In this document: one piece after another, positions 13,121 to 27,559 of the stretch
Numbering within the stretch: the stretch's first letter is position 1
Layout: each line of letters begins with the position of its first letter
DNA from: Sphagnum compactum
Lineage: Eukaryota
Assembly: GCA_965153455.1 (NCBI GenBank)
Contig: OZ234494.1
Span: 12,338,001 to 12,402,000 of the forward strand
Reading direction: 5' to 3'
DNA length: 64,000 nucleotides
Position numbers and translations under genes: made by a program
Notes under the pieces: generated by a model
Database searches by the model: none
Told to the model about the DNA's origin: nothing
The model's input: only the letters and a program-made list of their open reading frames with translations

Positions 13121-16100
13121 CAGTAGTAATTTATTGCAGGCCCAAATGGAACAATCTCTAACAAAGCAGAAAACCTTGAAAATGCTGCCATTTCCTCAAA
13201 TTCCACTCAGTTTCCAAAATAACTCTGTAGAAAAGGAAAGAGCCACCAGACCGAAGTGGCACAAATGGTAGAGGCAGGTGTACTCCATGTACTGATGTAG
13301 CTGCTAGTTCACCCAAGGCTTTTTTTTTCTTTGTTTGGTGTGGAAGGGTAGACATATTGTTTAACTTCATTTTAGATGATTTATCTTTGTACACATGCAT
13401 GTAAACCATCAATCCCAAGTACTTACAACATCCCCACCCATACTCAGAACCTAGGGGCAATATAGTCAAGTTTGAGTAGGCAAGCATAGCCATTCATAGA
13501 AAATTTTATGTGCATGGCCAGATTAGCCCCACACATGGAGTGGCAACGGCCAAGATATATTGCACAAGCTCGTAAATCATCGTCGCATTTTTTCCTTTGT
13601 ATGTTTTAGTCCTTCATTGGGTTGAAGAAATCTTGATACGCTGATGTTGTTATGATGTTGTAGGAACAATAATTTACACAATTCAAAAGGTACTTTCCAA
13701 CCTATCAAAATAACTTTCCACCAACTTATCCCTTCTCATTGTCCCTGTCATTATAACATTATCCTCTACAATGTCACTGTCATGATGGCATTCTATGGAG
13801 GAGAAGGGTCTACTAATAGACCTTTTTTTTATACTTAATGTCTCACACTTCAACTCATGACTTCACTTGTAAACATTGTGCCCTCTACGTCACAAACCTT
13901 TTCCTTGTTCAACATATAAAAATTATATTGATATTTGATTGGAAGACAACTGAACAAGCAGGCAAAGGAACGATTCAATGTTAAGAATGCCTATCTAGAG
14001 TGGAAATCCACGAATCTAAAGATTTGTAAACATCATGGCTTAAATAACATAGTCAGTATGGTGTGGAGGAGGTGTGCCTTATTGGCCTTCACATGATCTA
14101 CTTAAAAGTAAAGATGTGTCATCTTCAAAGTTGTAATAGTGGTCTGCTCTTTGATCTTTGAGCAGATGGAACAAACATAGGGAGGATGTTTTGTTCTGGA
14201 AACTCCCAGAAGTTGCAAAAGGAGCATTTTAGCATGTTATTGCTTAGACTAAAAAACCTAACCAAATTAATTAAACCTAAAGAATGTTAAATTTGGACTC
14301 AAAGACCCTGATTTAATTTAAGTTTGTGGGGGGCATAAGCATCATTGGGTGAACCCACTAATAACCATTTCTAAGAATAGTAAAACTAGTGAAATTGATC
14401 AAATAATATTTTTGATCTTTTTGTAAAATAGATTTTTATTTTTTATTTATTGTCATTATTTACTGGTGTTTATACATTGCATGCCAAAGTATACGACTTT
14501 AAATGTTCATTGGAGTAAAAATAGTGAGAACTATTATAAATTTATGTTCTTAATTTGAATGGCCTTTTTTAGAGTCACATTCTTGAACTTCAAATTTTCA
14601 TAATTAAGTTATACTTATTCAATTAATTATTTAAATAAAAATAGATAAAATACCATCCAAGGTATCTTTTTGAATTATTTAAAAAAAACCTCAAACATGT
14701 TTCAAATTTATGTTTTTAACCAAAAGTTCAAAGAATGTAAACATTGTGACATTTCTAAAACTTTTCTTCAATGAAATGATAATTAAAAATTATATATATA
14801 TAAAATTTTGAAAATTTGTACAACTTAATAAATGTACCCACCAAAAATTCTAGTGAAAAGTATTATTTATTTTTAATATTAAATTTTAAAGTTCAATGGC
14901 TCCAATAAAATGAATTTTTGACATTTCCAACGGGTCCACCCAATAATCCTTATGCCAAAGATAATTATAATATTTAGAAATAATGTAGATGAATTTTGAG
15001 ATTTTTACCACCGTACTAGTGTGGGTGTTGATTCACCTCAACCAAATATAGACCCTACTTTCATGATAGTGTGCACATTTGAAAGTAACAACTGAAATGT
15101 GCGTTAGAAAGTAACAATTGAATTGCTCCTTGTTCACCATCTTTTGGTTACCATTGAATTCCAAGCAAGTAACACCATGCACATCAAGTGGGCTATGGTG
15201 AACTTTCTTATGCTGCATGGTTAATTTCTTCTATCATAATTGTACATCTTTAGATTTATAAGTGTTTTTACATAATTGGAATTATGTCTATGAAGTCCCA
15301 ACTCATTTCAGAATGTTGGTTAGTAGTTACTAAGTGAAGACATTGAACAACTCTTAAATGATATTGAGAATTTTGCACTTGTCGACATGATTCAATTTAT
15401 CTACATAAGTTCTTGTGCAAATTCAGATTTGCGATCCATGTCTGGTTATGCACATAATGCATGGTAATGTTCATTTCTAATCTGGGGCTCCTGTTTAGGA
15501 TGATTGAACTATTGTGTGGCAAAGATTGACAATGAGTTGTGAGCTTGCAACTAATGTAGTTATTGCATTTGTATACATAATTTTGTTTGCATGACAAAGC
15601 AAAGTTGTCGACTTTTTGTTGTGCTTAGATATTAGTTGAACTCTTTTGGTGGATGGAGTGTGTACAAGACAACCGTGCCTTTGCAATTGAATGGAAATGA
15701 GAGTGTGGTTTGGTAATATGTTCCATACCTTATATTAGCTCTATAGTCATTAGTCATATACATTCCCTTTCATGCCAATCATTTGTTGCTTGCAGGTACA
15801 ATTTGTTCAAGGATGTCATATTATAGTATCTCTCCACACTTGCATACATGGTAAGGATTGGCTCTTTTTCAATTTAGCTCCTATGGTGCATTTGATTTCC
15901 TTCAATTTGGAGAAACTTCACACACTTTTTGGGATCTTAGTTTTGTCGCTCCACATGGGGTCTATCCATCTAGTGACCTTTGGGAATTGTGGATCTACAC
16001 AATGCATTTTAATTTAGTCGTAAGTAAGCTCACGAATCTCCATGGTCACTAGATCACTTTAGTATGTGTTAATATGACCATTCTAGTATATATACCATTT

Positions 16101-18162
16101 TAATTTGAAATTTTAAGTACAAATCTTGGGAATTGATATCTTCTTAGACCTAGAAAGATTTTCCAACGCATCTTTGTTGGATTTGAATGAGAAGTTCATT
16201 ATGGAATACATTATGTTTTAATGAAGTCAAAATTTGAAATGGTTGAAAGTTCATTCTAATCACAATGACTTTCTTTCTAGTTGTAACTTTGAAACCAATT
16301 AGTGATACTGGTCATTGTTAAGGCATAAGTATTAGTGAAGGTCCAGATTAACATTGATCTTGTACGAGATATGTTAACAAAATAATTTGGACTCGTTTCT
16401 TGCAACGTATATGTGGAGCCAGATACATGATTAAAAACACAAAATGGACACAAGGTGGGGGCATCAACTTGGTGTGAATGTTACATAAAATCTTTAACCA
16501 TTAATTGGATGTTATTGTAAGAATACTACTGCGCATTGTTTCAACACAGCAATGGCATGAAATAGATCACATTTATTTTGTGCCTCTTTAACACTATGAT
16601 TAAGCATGACAAAAGTGTGTGGTTAAAGTTATTGTTGTGGTGGTTAATCATGTGTGACTTTCACATTGCAAAAAACCAACAGAATTGACACACCCTTAAG
16701 AATTTGCAGAATTCTTGTTGAAAAGATCACTATTTCCTTGCCTGGGAGTTTGTGATGAATGTGAACAAGCACTGTAAGAGAGTTAGGGCTCATGGGCCAC
16801 TTAATAGTGGGATCTGAAAGTTATGAAACTTGTAATGGTCTTAAAGACAAAATGTGAACACCATTTACACTTTGGTTTAACCCTATGAGATTTTTAGAAA
16901 TAACCTACTAAATTGGATCGTGGAGCAAAGCCCTTACACCGTAGTGACATAGGAAACCCTCCTTTCCCACGCCTTTCTACACTATGATTGAGGAGGAGGT
17001 TCAAACAACAGAATCCAGGCAAGATTGAAGTATTGCAAAATCAAAGTCCTGGTGAAATGACAGACGTGAACAATCTCTCTTTAACCATGTGGTCTAATCT
17101 TCACAAAAAGCTCAAAATAAATCATTTCAATGCAGTGCCTTCACATTGTCACAAAGGGACTTCATTGTGCTGGAGAACTGTGCAATAATACTCACACCAA
17201 TAATTCAAGAAAGACATATTCCTGTCGTGAAGTACATTAATGGACTTGAGGTTTATGTACAATCATAGAGTTGAAACATATAATATTCTCATGTACAAAA
17301 ACATGATAATAAACAATTTTAAATTGAAAATCACAACAAGCCTTTCTAAGTTGCCAAGATCAAACTCTAACAAATAGGTAAATAAAATTCAAATGAGCAC
17401 TTGCAGGAGCTAGCAAGGTACCATTGCATTGGAAATCCTTACATCATTTCATACCCGACAATATTAAGTATTAACATAGCTGAAGATCTAACCATTGGAT
17501 TTCAGATCCAACATCACTCTAGTGATACTCAAAATTTTATGTTCAGCTGATCTGTGATCTGACAATTGGATTTTGCAATACAGAGCAGGTTTCTTCTTCC
17601 ATTGATATTATTGAACTCTGAAAATTTTCTAAATGATACAAATAAACTGTCCGATAATCAAATTTCAGTTTCCACAAATGGAATTTGGGGACAGAAAAAA
17701 AGTCCTGAGTTATTTTATTTCTCAAAGGGCAAAACATCTGCTGCAGAGATCACCCCTCAAACAAGGGATTCCAAGACAGGAGTGCATGGAATACAACCCT
17801 CTGGATGTGCGTATCTCAACACAATTTTGTGGGGATACTCACACCACCTCTAATTAATATAACAGTTCTTCCATATTCCAGCAGAAAATTTGACAATTAG
17901 CATGTAAACTGGCAGCTTTTACTGGAGATTTTTCAAGTGTCGCATCTGTTTCATTGGAAACTGGACACAAAATGTATTGTGTTGTGGTTCGACTTAGGCA
18001 TCATTCAAGCAATGCATGAAGTGGGAAACCGTAGCTATGTGAGCTCAGCAAGAACTATGTGAGCCACATGAAGAATTGAAAAATGTTTTGCATTTTCAGA
18101 ATATAAAAGCATACTTCTAATGTAGCTTCATGATCAGAAATGAAACGAAATTGTGAAGAAAA

Positions 18163-18716
18163 TCACATGCGAAACACACCGTAGCTTGATACCTGAGGGG
18201 CAGTTTGAGAACAAGCAGAGAGGCAGAGTGCCAATACTTTACGAGTATCTGCAGGATCGATAATGCCATCATCCCATAACCGAGCACTTGCATAATACGG
18301 ATGTCCTTCTTTATCATATCCATCCATTACCTTAGCTTTGAACTTTTCTTCCTCCTCAGCACTCCACTGCATTCTCATGGCAGATGATGTCAGCTGTGAC
18401 CTACTCACCTAAACGACTCTGGCGACAAAATGAGGATGAAACAGTGTAGACAGTGGAGAGAGGAATGCACATACCAACAGGAACACAAAACACTACACCC
18501 AACAATTTAAGAGACTGGTATTTCTAACTGATCTGAGAGTTGTGAATCATCAAGTGAGAATAGAAGTGTGGTTGAGTACACAAACCGTAGTGTGATCCCG
18601 TTTGTGTTTCTCTCTTTCAACCTGTGCTAAAACTCCTGCTGCCTGCATCACAACCAGGAAAAATAAACAACTGCAGGACTTCCAGTTTCACTGATGTCAA
18701 TCCTATTTGCTCTCTG

Positions 18717-18779
<63 letters not shown>

Positions 18780-21700
18780 TATGTCTCCAACTATCTGAGT
18801 GGAACAACCATATGCCCTGAGAGCGATGTTGAGGACTCTCAAGATTTGAATTTTGTGAAAACAAGTTGCTACCTGAGAGCCACCCATTACAGAGATACGA
18901 GCATTGGGCCACATGAATAGAAAATTGGGGCTATAGGCCCTTCCACACATTCCATAGTTTCCAGCTCCATAGCTTCCACCAACAATTATTGTAATCTTTG
19001 GCACCTGCCAAACATGTTTGTGTAGGAATGTGAGCATATATCCATGAACTGACCAAAGAATTGGTCATTCATTTGTTTCTGGATCAAGTGCTGTTGCAGT
19101 GTATACAAAAGGTGATGCTGCAGATCACAAACTGATCAAACGGGGGGTGATTGCAAACTCTGGGGCTAATAATGCATCTGTCAAGCTCAGACCCAACTTC
19201 TCATTGTCCAGGTATAGATTTAAACCCAGAGAGATGCTACTTTCTTGAAGATAACAAAGACATCACTGAGAGGAAAAGCAAGCACCTTAGCACAAGCAAC
19301 AGCCATGACCATTTTGGCACCTGCCTTGGCAATGCCACTGGCCTCTGATCTAGACCCCACCTGCCAAAGTCCAATGGAGACAACAATGGAGTGAAAAAAG
19401 TGGTCAAATCTCATGCACAACTGTAATCTTGCTCCAGTTGGCATGCTGAAGCCCCATTTCAAAATCAAGGGAGAGACTATCTGTTCCTCTCCCACCCAAT
19501 GTTCCAGTAAATTCAGAGGTTCTGAAGTAGCAGTTAGGGATACAAAGATATCTGACCATGAAACCTGTGATGTTCTGGAGAAAGATAAGAGGAATGTGAC
19601 GCTGTGCACAAAGCTGTATAAAATGAGCTCCCTTCAAAGCTGACTCGGTGAAGAGGATGCCATTGTTTGCCACAATCCCTACTGGTTGACCCATTATTCT
19701 TGCGAAACCAGTGACTAATGTCTGCATCACATACACGGATAGGTCAAGTCACTAATCGCTTGGCCAAAGGTCCAGCATTGTGATAGTTGCTACACTAAGG
19801 CAGAAATTGTCTGTTCCCATTTCTAGCCACGGAAATGAAGAGTACAACTTACAGTGCCATATAACTTCTTGAATTCATTGAACTCACTACCATCAACAAT
19901 ACGGGCAATCACAGAACGGACGTCATATGCTTTCCGTCGATCTGTTGGAACAATGCCGTGAAGCTCTTCAGTGCTGTACAAGGGTTCCCTGATTTTCTCA
20001 TCAACTGCTTTGAAACAGTCTTGTGGAGCTTTGTTGGTGACACCAGCAAGGTGCAAGTTTTGCACTATTTTGCGTCCAATAGCTAGAGCATGTAACTCAT
20101 CTGTCAATCTCCACCCCAACAATCAATGACATAAGCAGAATTGCTTTAATCCCCACTGAGGATGTAACAGAGACCCATCCACAGTTGCAGTTCACCTGAG
20201 CTCCTAGGAAGCAGCTCCTGTAGGCAGTGCAGACACTGGTCAAGGTTGGAAGTGAGCAACAAAAGGTAGTGGTGTGAATTAACAACATGCCTGACATTCT
20301 AAAGAGAGTTCTTACTCACCAGCTGCAAAGTGATCTGCAACGCCTGACACCTTACAATGCAAAGCAGCACCTCCCAGATCCTCAGGACTCACATCTTCTC
20401 CTGTTGCTGCCTGCCAGCCCACAGATCTTCAGCCTATAAGAAAATAATCACACAGTTCCAACTGAATTGGGTCAGTCAAACAAGCCCTGAACACAATAAT
20501 ACCTTCACCAGTGGCGGGCCTGCGAGGAAGATTGTGCCATTGCCTTTCACAATCACACTCTCATCAGCCATAGCAGGTACATAGGCACCCCCAGCTGTGC
20601 ATGAACCCAGAACCAAAGCAATCTGTGGAATGCCTGCTGCAGACATCTGGGCCTGATTGTAGAAAATCCGCCCAAAATGGTCCCTGTCTGGAAAAACATC
20701 AGCCTGCCTTGGAAGGTTGGCACCCCCACTATCAACAAGGTAAATACAAGGCAGGTTGCACTGTGCTGCAATTTCCTGTGCCCGCAAATGCTTCTTCACA
20801 GTAATGGGATAGTATGTGCCCCCCTTCACTGTCGGATCATTTGCAATGAACATGCAGAGCTGCCCATGAACTAAGCCAAGGCCAGTTACAATACCTCCAG
20901 CTGCTAGTGGCTCGTTGTATAGCTCATGCCCTGCAAGCTACACATCAGATTCAAACAAGGTCCATCATTTCACTTTCCATTCGATACTTGCAGATGGGTG
21001 GAGACAAAAGTAAGTGAACAACAACACATGGTTGATGTTGAAGACTCAGCAGAAGGATGAGAGGAAGGACATTATTGTACCTGTGATAGTTCCAAGAAGG
21101 GGGATGCAGGGTCAAGGAGATGATCTATGCGCTCACGTGGTAAGAATTTATTTCTTTTCTTGTGTCTTTCGAGTGCCTTGCTACCACCTCCAAGCCGCAC
21201 CTGATCACATGGTACATACATCCAGGTTTTGTCAGTCCTTTTGACACAACAATACACGATCCTTCTTCAATTCTCACTTTTTTTCCCATTTTGTACTCAG
21301 GAAAAAAAATTATGACAGTCTTTGTAATGGAGTTATTACTTTTTCAACTTGCTGGCGGAGGTCAAGCAGCAGCTCCTCCATGGCATTCCGATTTTCAACA
21401 AAGTCATTACTCTTGCTGTCAACATCATCTCGCAGAATGTTCAAGTCCTGATCCAAGCTCATAAAACCTCTCCTCCAGCCACCAAAGGAAGCAGCAGCAG
21501 CAGCATTGCCACTATACCTGATGGCAGGCACAAATTGGGATTTATGCCACCGCCGCCTTTCTGCTCCAAAACCTCCCACACCCAAAATACCTTTGGGTGT
21601 TTCCTTGTACAGTTGATGAAAAGCTTGAAGATTATCAGCTTCTCCAAGCCCTGTTGCAACTGATGAATCTTGTCTCCGGCACAAGCAATGATTTTCCAGG

Positions 21701-21900
21701 CTTATCCATCTCTCACAGAGCCTTGTATCTGCATGACTACTACTACTTGCCAACGCATGGTGCTGCTCATCATGGAAATAGCCCTCTGTCTGTACACAAT
21801 GTCTTTGCTTGGAACTTGATGATCTCAAGCTTGCTGCTGCAAAATCTTCCCAGAAGTTGTATGTCCAGCGACAACTTTTTTTCTGCACAATTCGGGCCAT
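18163..21900 (-). CDS. MCCB: 3-methylcrotonyl-CoA carboxylase beta (carboxyltransferase) subunit, mitochondrial; 10 exons, 695 aa
   Basis: Exons 21900-21340, 21200-21081, 20937-20503, 20410-20320, 20100-19853, 19721-19557, 19360-19286, 19004-18873, 18642-18586 and 18366-18163 are GT-AG and total 2088 nt. Motifs: [64 protein letters not shown]-terminal YGVFRM. The first in-frame ATG is at 21900. Confidence 0.95.
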
Positions 21901-22074
21901 GGAAGTTGCCAGAAGAAGAAGAAGCAATCCAGCTCTAAGTAGTAGAAGAAGAAAAACCCACCACCATGGTTGCAAACGAGCTTCTTCTTTTCACTACCAA
22001 GATCTGCCCAAGCATCATCAATCAGGCCGTTGTGGTTTGATTAGAAAAACCTGAGAGTACTAACGTCTTGTCTC

Positions 22075-22447
22075 TAGGGTTTTCAATCCCCTCTCTCACT
22101 ACCAAGCTGATGCTGCACTTCTGCTGCACAACAACATCCAAACCCGAAAAGAAGAAGTTTTGAAGCCCCTCAAGCTAGAATTCGCACACGACACTTCACA
22201 CAACACGACACCTAACATACACGATAAGCATGCTGACAAGTCCTTCGAAAGAATTGTTTTGTGGGACCCATGAGGATAGAACTCCGCGCGCACACACACA
22301 CATTCTCTGAATGTCTATCACGTTTGCAGATCTGCACCTGTCTGTGCACTTTTGTTAGTGCACACTTGAGTTCCCTGTTTCTCAGCAGAAATGGCTCTAG
22401 TGACCTGGACCTGCGTAAGCAAATCCGGTTGTATGACTAAACCCTAA
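22075..22447. promoter_or_regulatory. Two telo-box motifs upstream of MCCB
   Basis: tagggttt at 22075-22082 and aaaccctaa at 22439-22447. These are short motifs and function is not shown. Confidence 0.3.
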
Positions 22448-22920
22448 CCGGGTGATGTAAGGCAAGCTTGCCCTACTGGATGATTTACTGCGCTGGATGC
22501 CACTGGCAGAAAATGCCAGGTGGAGACGACGGTTGTGGATCATGAACATTGGAGGAGCTGCGTTTTTCTTCTTTACTTCTTTTCTATTTTGCTTGTGTTT
22601 TGTTGTTTGCAGGTTATGGAGATTGGTTTGTTGCTCTTCGTGGTGTGCCAGCATGCAGATCAAGGGTTGGTGATGGAGCATTGTTTCTGTGATTTTCTTC
22701 TATTGTGTGTGATGGAGATGACTCAGAGTTGATTGATGGAGGATGGGGTGCTTGGTTGTTGAGGGGGATAAATACAAGATGACTGGAGAAGCTAAACACA
22801 CTTGTTTTTTCGACTCTTCTTCATTGAATTATGATTTGTTGTAAAAAAAAATTCGATGTTAGGAGTATGATTAGGTGCTTGAGTTCAATGTCTATATGTT
22901 CTACATGTTAGCTTCATGAA

Positions 22921-23020
22921 TTTGGTTGCACTAAAATTAGTGAACAGAACACTAGGTATTAGTAAATCAATTTTGTTGCACTAAAATTAGTGAGCAGAAC
23001 ACTAGGTATTAGTGAATCAA
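22921..23020. repeat. 50-bp direct tandem duplication
   Basis: ttt(g/t)gttgcactaaaattagtga(a/g)cagaacactaggtattagt(a/g)aatcaa occurs twice with 3 differences. Confidence 0.9.
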
Positions 23021-24159
23021 TAAGGACCTGATGACGAAAGAGATGACAGGCTCTAGGGGATCAATCAGTTGGCCTTTTGTGGGGTATTTTGTTCAAGATC
23101 TCATCACGAAAGTATTTCACACGAATTGACTAATAGAGAGTATGGTTTGCATATCTTATCATTAATCTGACACTTATTGTTGTGTTCTAATGTGTTACTT
23201 TTGACTTCGGATGTAACTGTTGTCCTCCACCTATTTGCATGAGTCTATTACGCTATCACGCTATGCCTTCTTCCACCCTTTCTTTTTGCATCGTTTTTTG
23301 AATTTTTGCACATTGTACAAATAGCCAACCCTATTTATGTTAACCCGACTACCAATTCCAATATGATATTCATGTTCTATTCAAATTTGTTGCCACCAAT
23401 TTGTCAAAGTTTCTTGATGTTTGCTCATTCTTTTTTTTGGTCCATCTATCTTTCCAGAGGCCAATCTTTGTCGAATGAAACATAATTTTGTTTTCTAACG
23501 ATTCTCTACATTTTCCCTCACTTTTTCATTTATTTCCAAGCTTACACTACATTCATGTAAGTGACATAATGTATCGCAACTTGTAGAAATTTTAGGTTGG
23601 GTCTTCACTCAATAGTTTTCAAAGTGATCACCCTATCCCAAATTTTATTCTCTTTGCCAAATTCCATCAACAAACATTATCCTTGGCTACAAGCACATGA
23701 GTTTTACAATCTTACACTTGTTAGTACACTTCTTGATTTCCTTGTTCATGGTTTTCATTATATTATGTTTTGTCAAATTTCATATTTGTCTCGCTCCCTG
23801 CTTGGATTATATTTATCAGGTTCCTCCTCCTTTTCCTCCAAGCCCTTCAAACTTTTTCCTAGTGTGTCATTATGTTCTTGTTGCTTCAAATCCCTTTGAG
23901 TTCCTTCATTACTATTTTTGTGCCCCTTGTAACATGGTGACATTTCATGTTCCTAAACGTTCGGACCTCACCATCATGGTAAACAATTTAAAGATGGTCG
24001 TTGTCTCTAAACATTGTATGTGCGCTATGTTTTCTTTTCAATCATTCTCAAGAAATCATCCTTATGGCAGGAACCACAAGTTCTATGGTCAGGAATGTTG
24101 ACGCACCCCAAAGTCCTTGAAATATTCAAATGTGAGTTTGAAGGTGGAAACAACATGGT

Positions 24160-24238
24160 TTGCACACCACTAGGTTTGAACCCATGACCCTTAAAGTCTT
24201 AGGGTCCCAGAAGGGGCTATACCAATGAGCCATCACCC
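24160..24238 (-). mobile_element. tRNA-derived (SINE-head-like) Pol III A/B-box remnant
   Basis: The minus strand reads ggg-tga-TGGCTCATTGG (A-box-like) ... GGTTCAAACC (B-box), with ~40-nt spacing. No intact cloverleaf. Confidence 0.4.
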
Positions 24239-24294
24239 TAGGGGTATTGGTGGTCCATTTTCGACACCAATGGACATCACTAACCACACAATAG

Positions 24295-24830
24295 TTTGCC
24301 AATTAATGACAAAATTTGTCTTGTACTAATGTTCTGGTGCAATTGATACTTGATGATATCTTGAATATCCACCTAAAAATGAATAAGCCCCATGCCTTGT
24401 TGTTATATTTAAAATTGGATCAATAATTGGCAATGGGTACAAATCTTTCTTTGTTGCAACATTGAGCTTTCAAAAATTAACATAATTTCGTAACTTGTTG
24501 TTTTTTTTCATAAAAACTACAATTGGAAATAAGCAAATAGCTTCTTCTACTAGTTGAATAAATTCAACAAATAATTTTTCAATGTCTTATTTGACAATTG
24601 TCGCATAATTTGGGTTCATTCGATACCTTGTTTGATGGGCTAGAGGTATTGAAATATTTAACTCAATTCAATGTTGAATCAATTCTAGTGGTATGCTTTT
24701 CAATTCATTGTAAGTCTAGGAAAAAAATCCATTACAACAACTTAACAAGTTCATCAAAATGTTCAAATTCAAGCTTGGAATTGATCTTGACATAGGGGGG
24801 TATTTCAAAAGTTCCAAGATTGACCTTTTA
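24295..24830 (-). mobile_element. Degenerate Ty3/gypsy reverse transcriptase fragment
   Basis: Minus-strand translation KLRNYVNF*KLNVATKKDLYPLPIIDPIL...AYSFLGGYSRYHQVSIAPEH*YKTNFVINW and YRMNPNYATIVK match the gypsy RT N-terminal region; multiple stops. Confidence 0.85.
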
Positions 24831-26149
24831 TAATTGTTCTTTCTCCACAATAGTCTAATCTATAATCTATAAATCCTTAACACAATCTTGGGCAAACATT
24901 TCATCAATAAAAATATCACCAAAATTTGGTTGGTAATATGGTAGGATCATCTTGTTGTTCAAATTTAGTAACCAATTCTATTCCCATGTCCATTGTTTCA
25001 TCCAAAACTTGGAACATAGATATTCATAACTCTTTTGTTGCTTGAGTACCAAAATTGGTAATTCAATAATACTAATAAAGAATAACTACATTTCGATTTC
25101 AAACTCCAATTCCTAATATTCTCCATCCATAATTCCATTTTGAAAATCATAACAAAGCAAAGCTTTTGATCTTTTAGTCGAGCTATCTAAAATACAAATA
25201 ACTACTACAATACATATAGTACCATTGTTTTGTATGGTAATCATGTTAATACCCCAATCTTGTGTGGCTTTTGCATCTTTGAGTCAAGGTTGACTTAATA
25301 GCATAGAATAGGAACATTAGAAGAAATCTTGTCCATACTAACTAATGTTTTTGTAACTACCTTGCAACTATTGTCTTTTTGACTACTTTTGCAACTAAAA
25401 TTCATACAATCCTACATGGCAAGGTAATCACCAAAATGCACATAGTTGAATTTTTATTACAAATGAATTATGTAGTTTGTAGATGTACTACAACTAGTTA
25501 ATATGTGATCGAAGGTGGTACACATGCAATTATATGGATGCAAGTAGGATGAAAATGTCAATTATCGTGAATTAAACATTTTGGCATCAACTAACAAATG
25601 ATACTTGAGTTTTTTTTGCAACTAATAGTATATGTCTAGAATTTTATATTGTTGATTGGACCAAGTAAAATTTCTTATTCAACTAATATTACAAGTATGG
25701 TTGAAAGTCACAAGTCCAATTAAGATTGTTGGATTTCCTTGATTGATCAATATAAATCCAAAGTTTGAAATCCAAGTTTGAAGTCCAAGTATTGCAAATG
25801 CAAATTTAAGTTTCAAATCTTGCAAGTAATAATCCAAGTTAAAAAGAAAGGTGTTATGCAAAATGAAAAAATCCAAAGTTGGTTACAAACACATAAGAGG
25901 ATTGTCATAAAAAGTGGGAAATTTCAAATCCCAAAAGTTATTAGTTATCATACAACATTAGTCCATGTATCAAATAAAGTGTAACCTATTATCCATCTAC
26001 ATTAGCTATCCTTAAGCTACTTTGCAAGGCTTGACCAACCAAAAAATTTCCTTCTTGGATAATTCGAAAACACCTACCAATGTTATAATCCTATCCACAT
26101 CAACAAATTCAAGCGGAGCTTCAAGGCTCAACACATTGCCATGAATGTC

Positions 26150-27430
26150 AATGCAATCATCATAGGCGTTAAACACAACCCATCAACTTTTAGGCTATTT
26201 GTGAAGGACCACTTTCCACCATGTGGTGTTTTGGGGTCACTCAAAAAAAAACCTATTGAACTAGAAACGGGAAAATAAATGGTTCATCAAATTCATGCAA
26301 AAGTGTCAAAAGTTGGCAAGTAAAAATCCAATCTCATATTTGTTGTAGGTTGAGTTACCTTTATTGTTAGTCTCATTTTTCACCTAATAACGATAAAAGA
26401 AAACAATTGATGAAGAAATTATACCATAGTCTAATTGTATTATTTTCTCAAGGTCCTTAATTACATAATTGATCATTTTGAGAACGTCATCTTCATTCCC
26501 TTGGATTGTTGGAAAACAGATGCAACACCACAATCATGGGTAACCAAAAGATCATTTTCATTGTCATGAACTTGAAAGTGGTTTCCATATGCCTTCATAT
26601 TTTTAAAGGTCAATGTTGTGTGAAACTTGGGGGAGTTGAAAGTTGGACCAAATCTAAATCAATAGTTGTAAAACTTGAAACATGGTGGGAGTGGATGGCA
26701 TCTTCACCCTCTTTGCGATGTCATTCAACTCTATCAAGTGGGTTGGAAATTCCATAGGTCTACCACTTGTACTAAAGTCTTGGACCCATGCATGTTGAAA
26801 TTGAACTTTTTCATTTTGAACCCATGCCTTTTCATCCTTGTACTTTAAAAAGTCACCAATACACAATATTAGTTACTAATTATGTTATGAGCTATTAAAA
26901 CTGTAAGTTCAACCATTAGACATCTTGGTGACATTAACCAAAACACGTTTAAAACAACCATACATCGATCATCACATGCATCCATCCATGTTTGCACATT
27001 CAACTTAAACAATTGGCAAAAAAATAAAGGTATGAAAATATGTGAACAAAAAAAAAATTGAATTGTATCCATGGTGTCATAATTTTTATGTTTATTATCA
27101 GCACATAGTTGTGTGCAAGATCCTTCATTAATTCGATGGCTATGGACAACTTTTGCTAGAACCTTTTCAAGTACCTTTCCAACAACTGCTTTTTCTACAT
27201 CCCAAAATTTCCTAGACACATGTTGAAATTCATGCATGTATTTAGTCACAAATCCCAATGTCTCATCCAATATGTATTTTTCAACCATTGATCCCTCGAG
27301 CTATGCAATATTATGGACATAGCCTTTGAACACCTTCATCATTCACTCCACTAAATACATCCAACAATTATGAATTAACCCACATAAATTTAGTTCATCT
27401 ACCACATGCAAGAACAAGTGGTAGAACATA
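26150..27430 (-). mobile_element. Degenerate CACTA/En-Spm transposase region (DUF4218/DUF4216-like)
   Basis: HLFLHVVDELNLCGLIHNCWMYLVE*MMKVFKGYVHNIA*LEGSMVEKYILDETLGF matches the DUF4218 pattern (GPV..RWMYP.ER.M..LK.YV.N.A.PEGS). Downstream YGNHFQV and IIQLDYG...PFIFP...VFF motifs; stops present. Confidence 0.85.
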
Positions 27431-27559
27431 GCTAAAATTATGTTATTATATGATCATTATGTAATTATCATGTTTCGTTACTAGTTGACATAATTCACTA
27501 CTAATTGAAGTAATTCACTATAATAAATAGGGTTTTTTTAACATTGTTATTTTAAACAT

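Noticed and set aside
21901..21975. Signal-peptide-like extension MQPWWWVFLLLLL of the MCCB ORF
   Set aside because: It starts at TTG, and its hydrophobicity comes from (ctt)n microsatellites; it is probably 5' UTR.
22391..22800. Possible small gene divergent from MCCB
   Set aside because: The short frames have early stops and no recognisable family or consistent exon chain.
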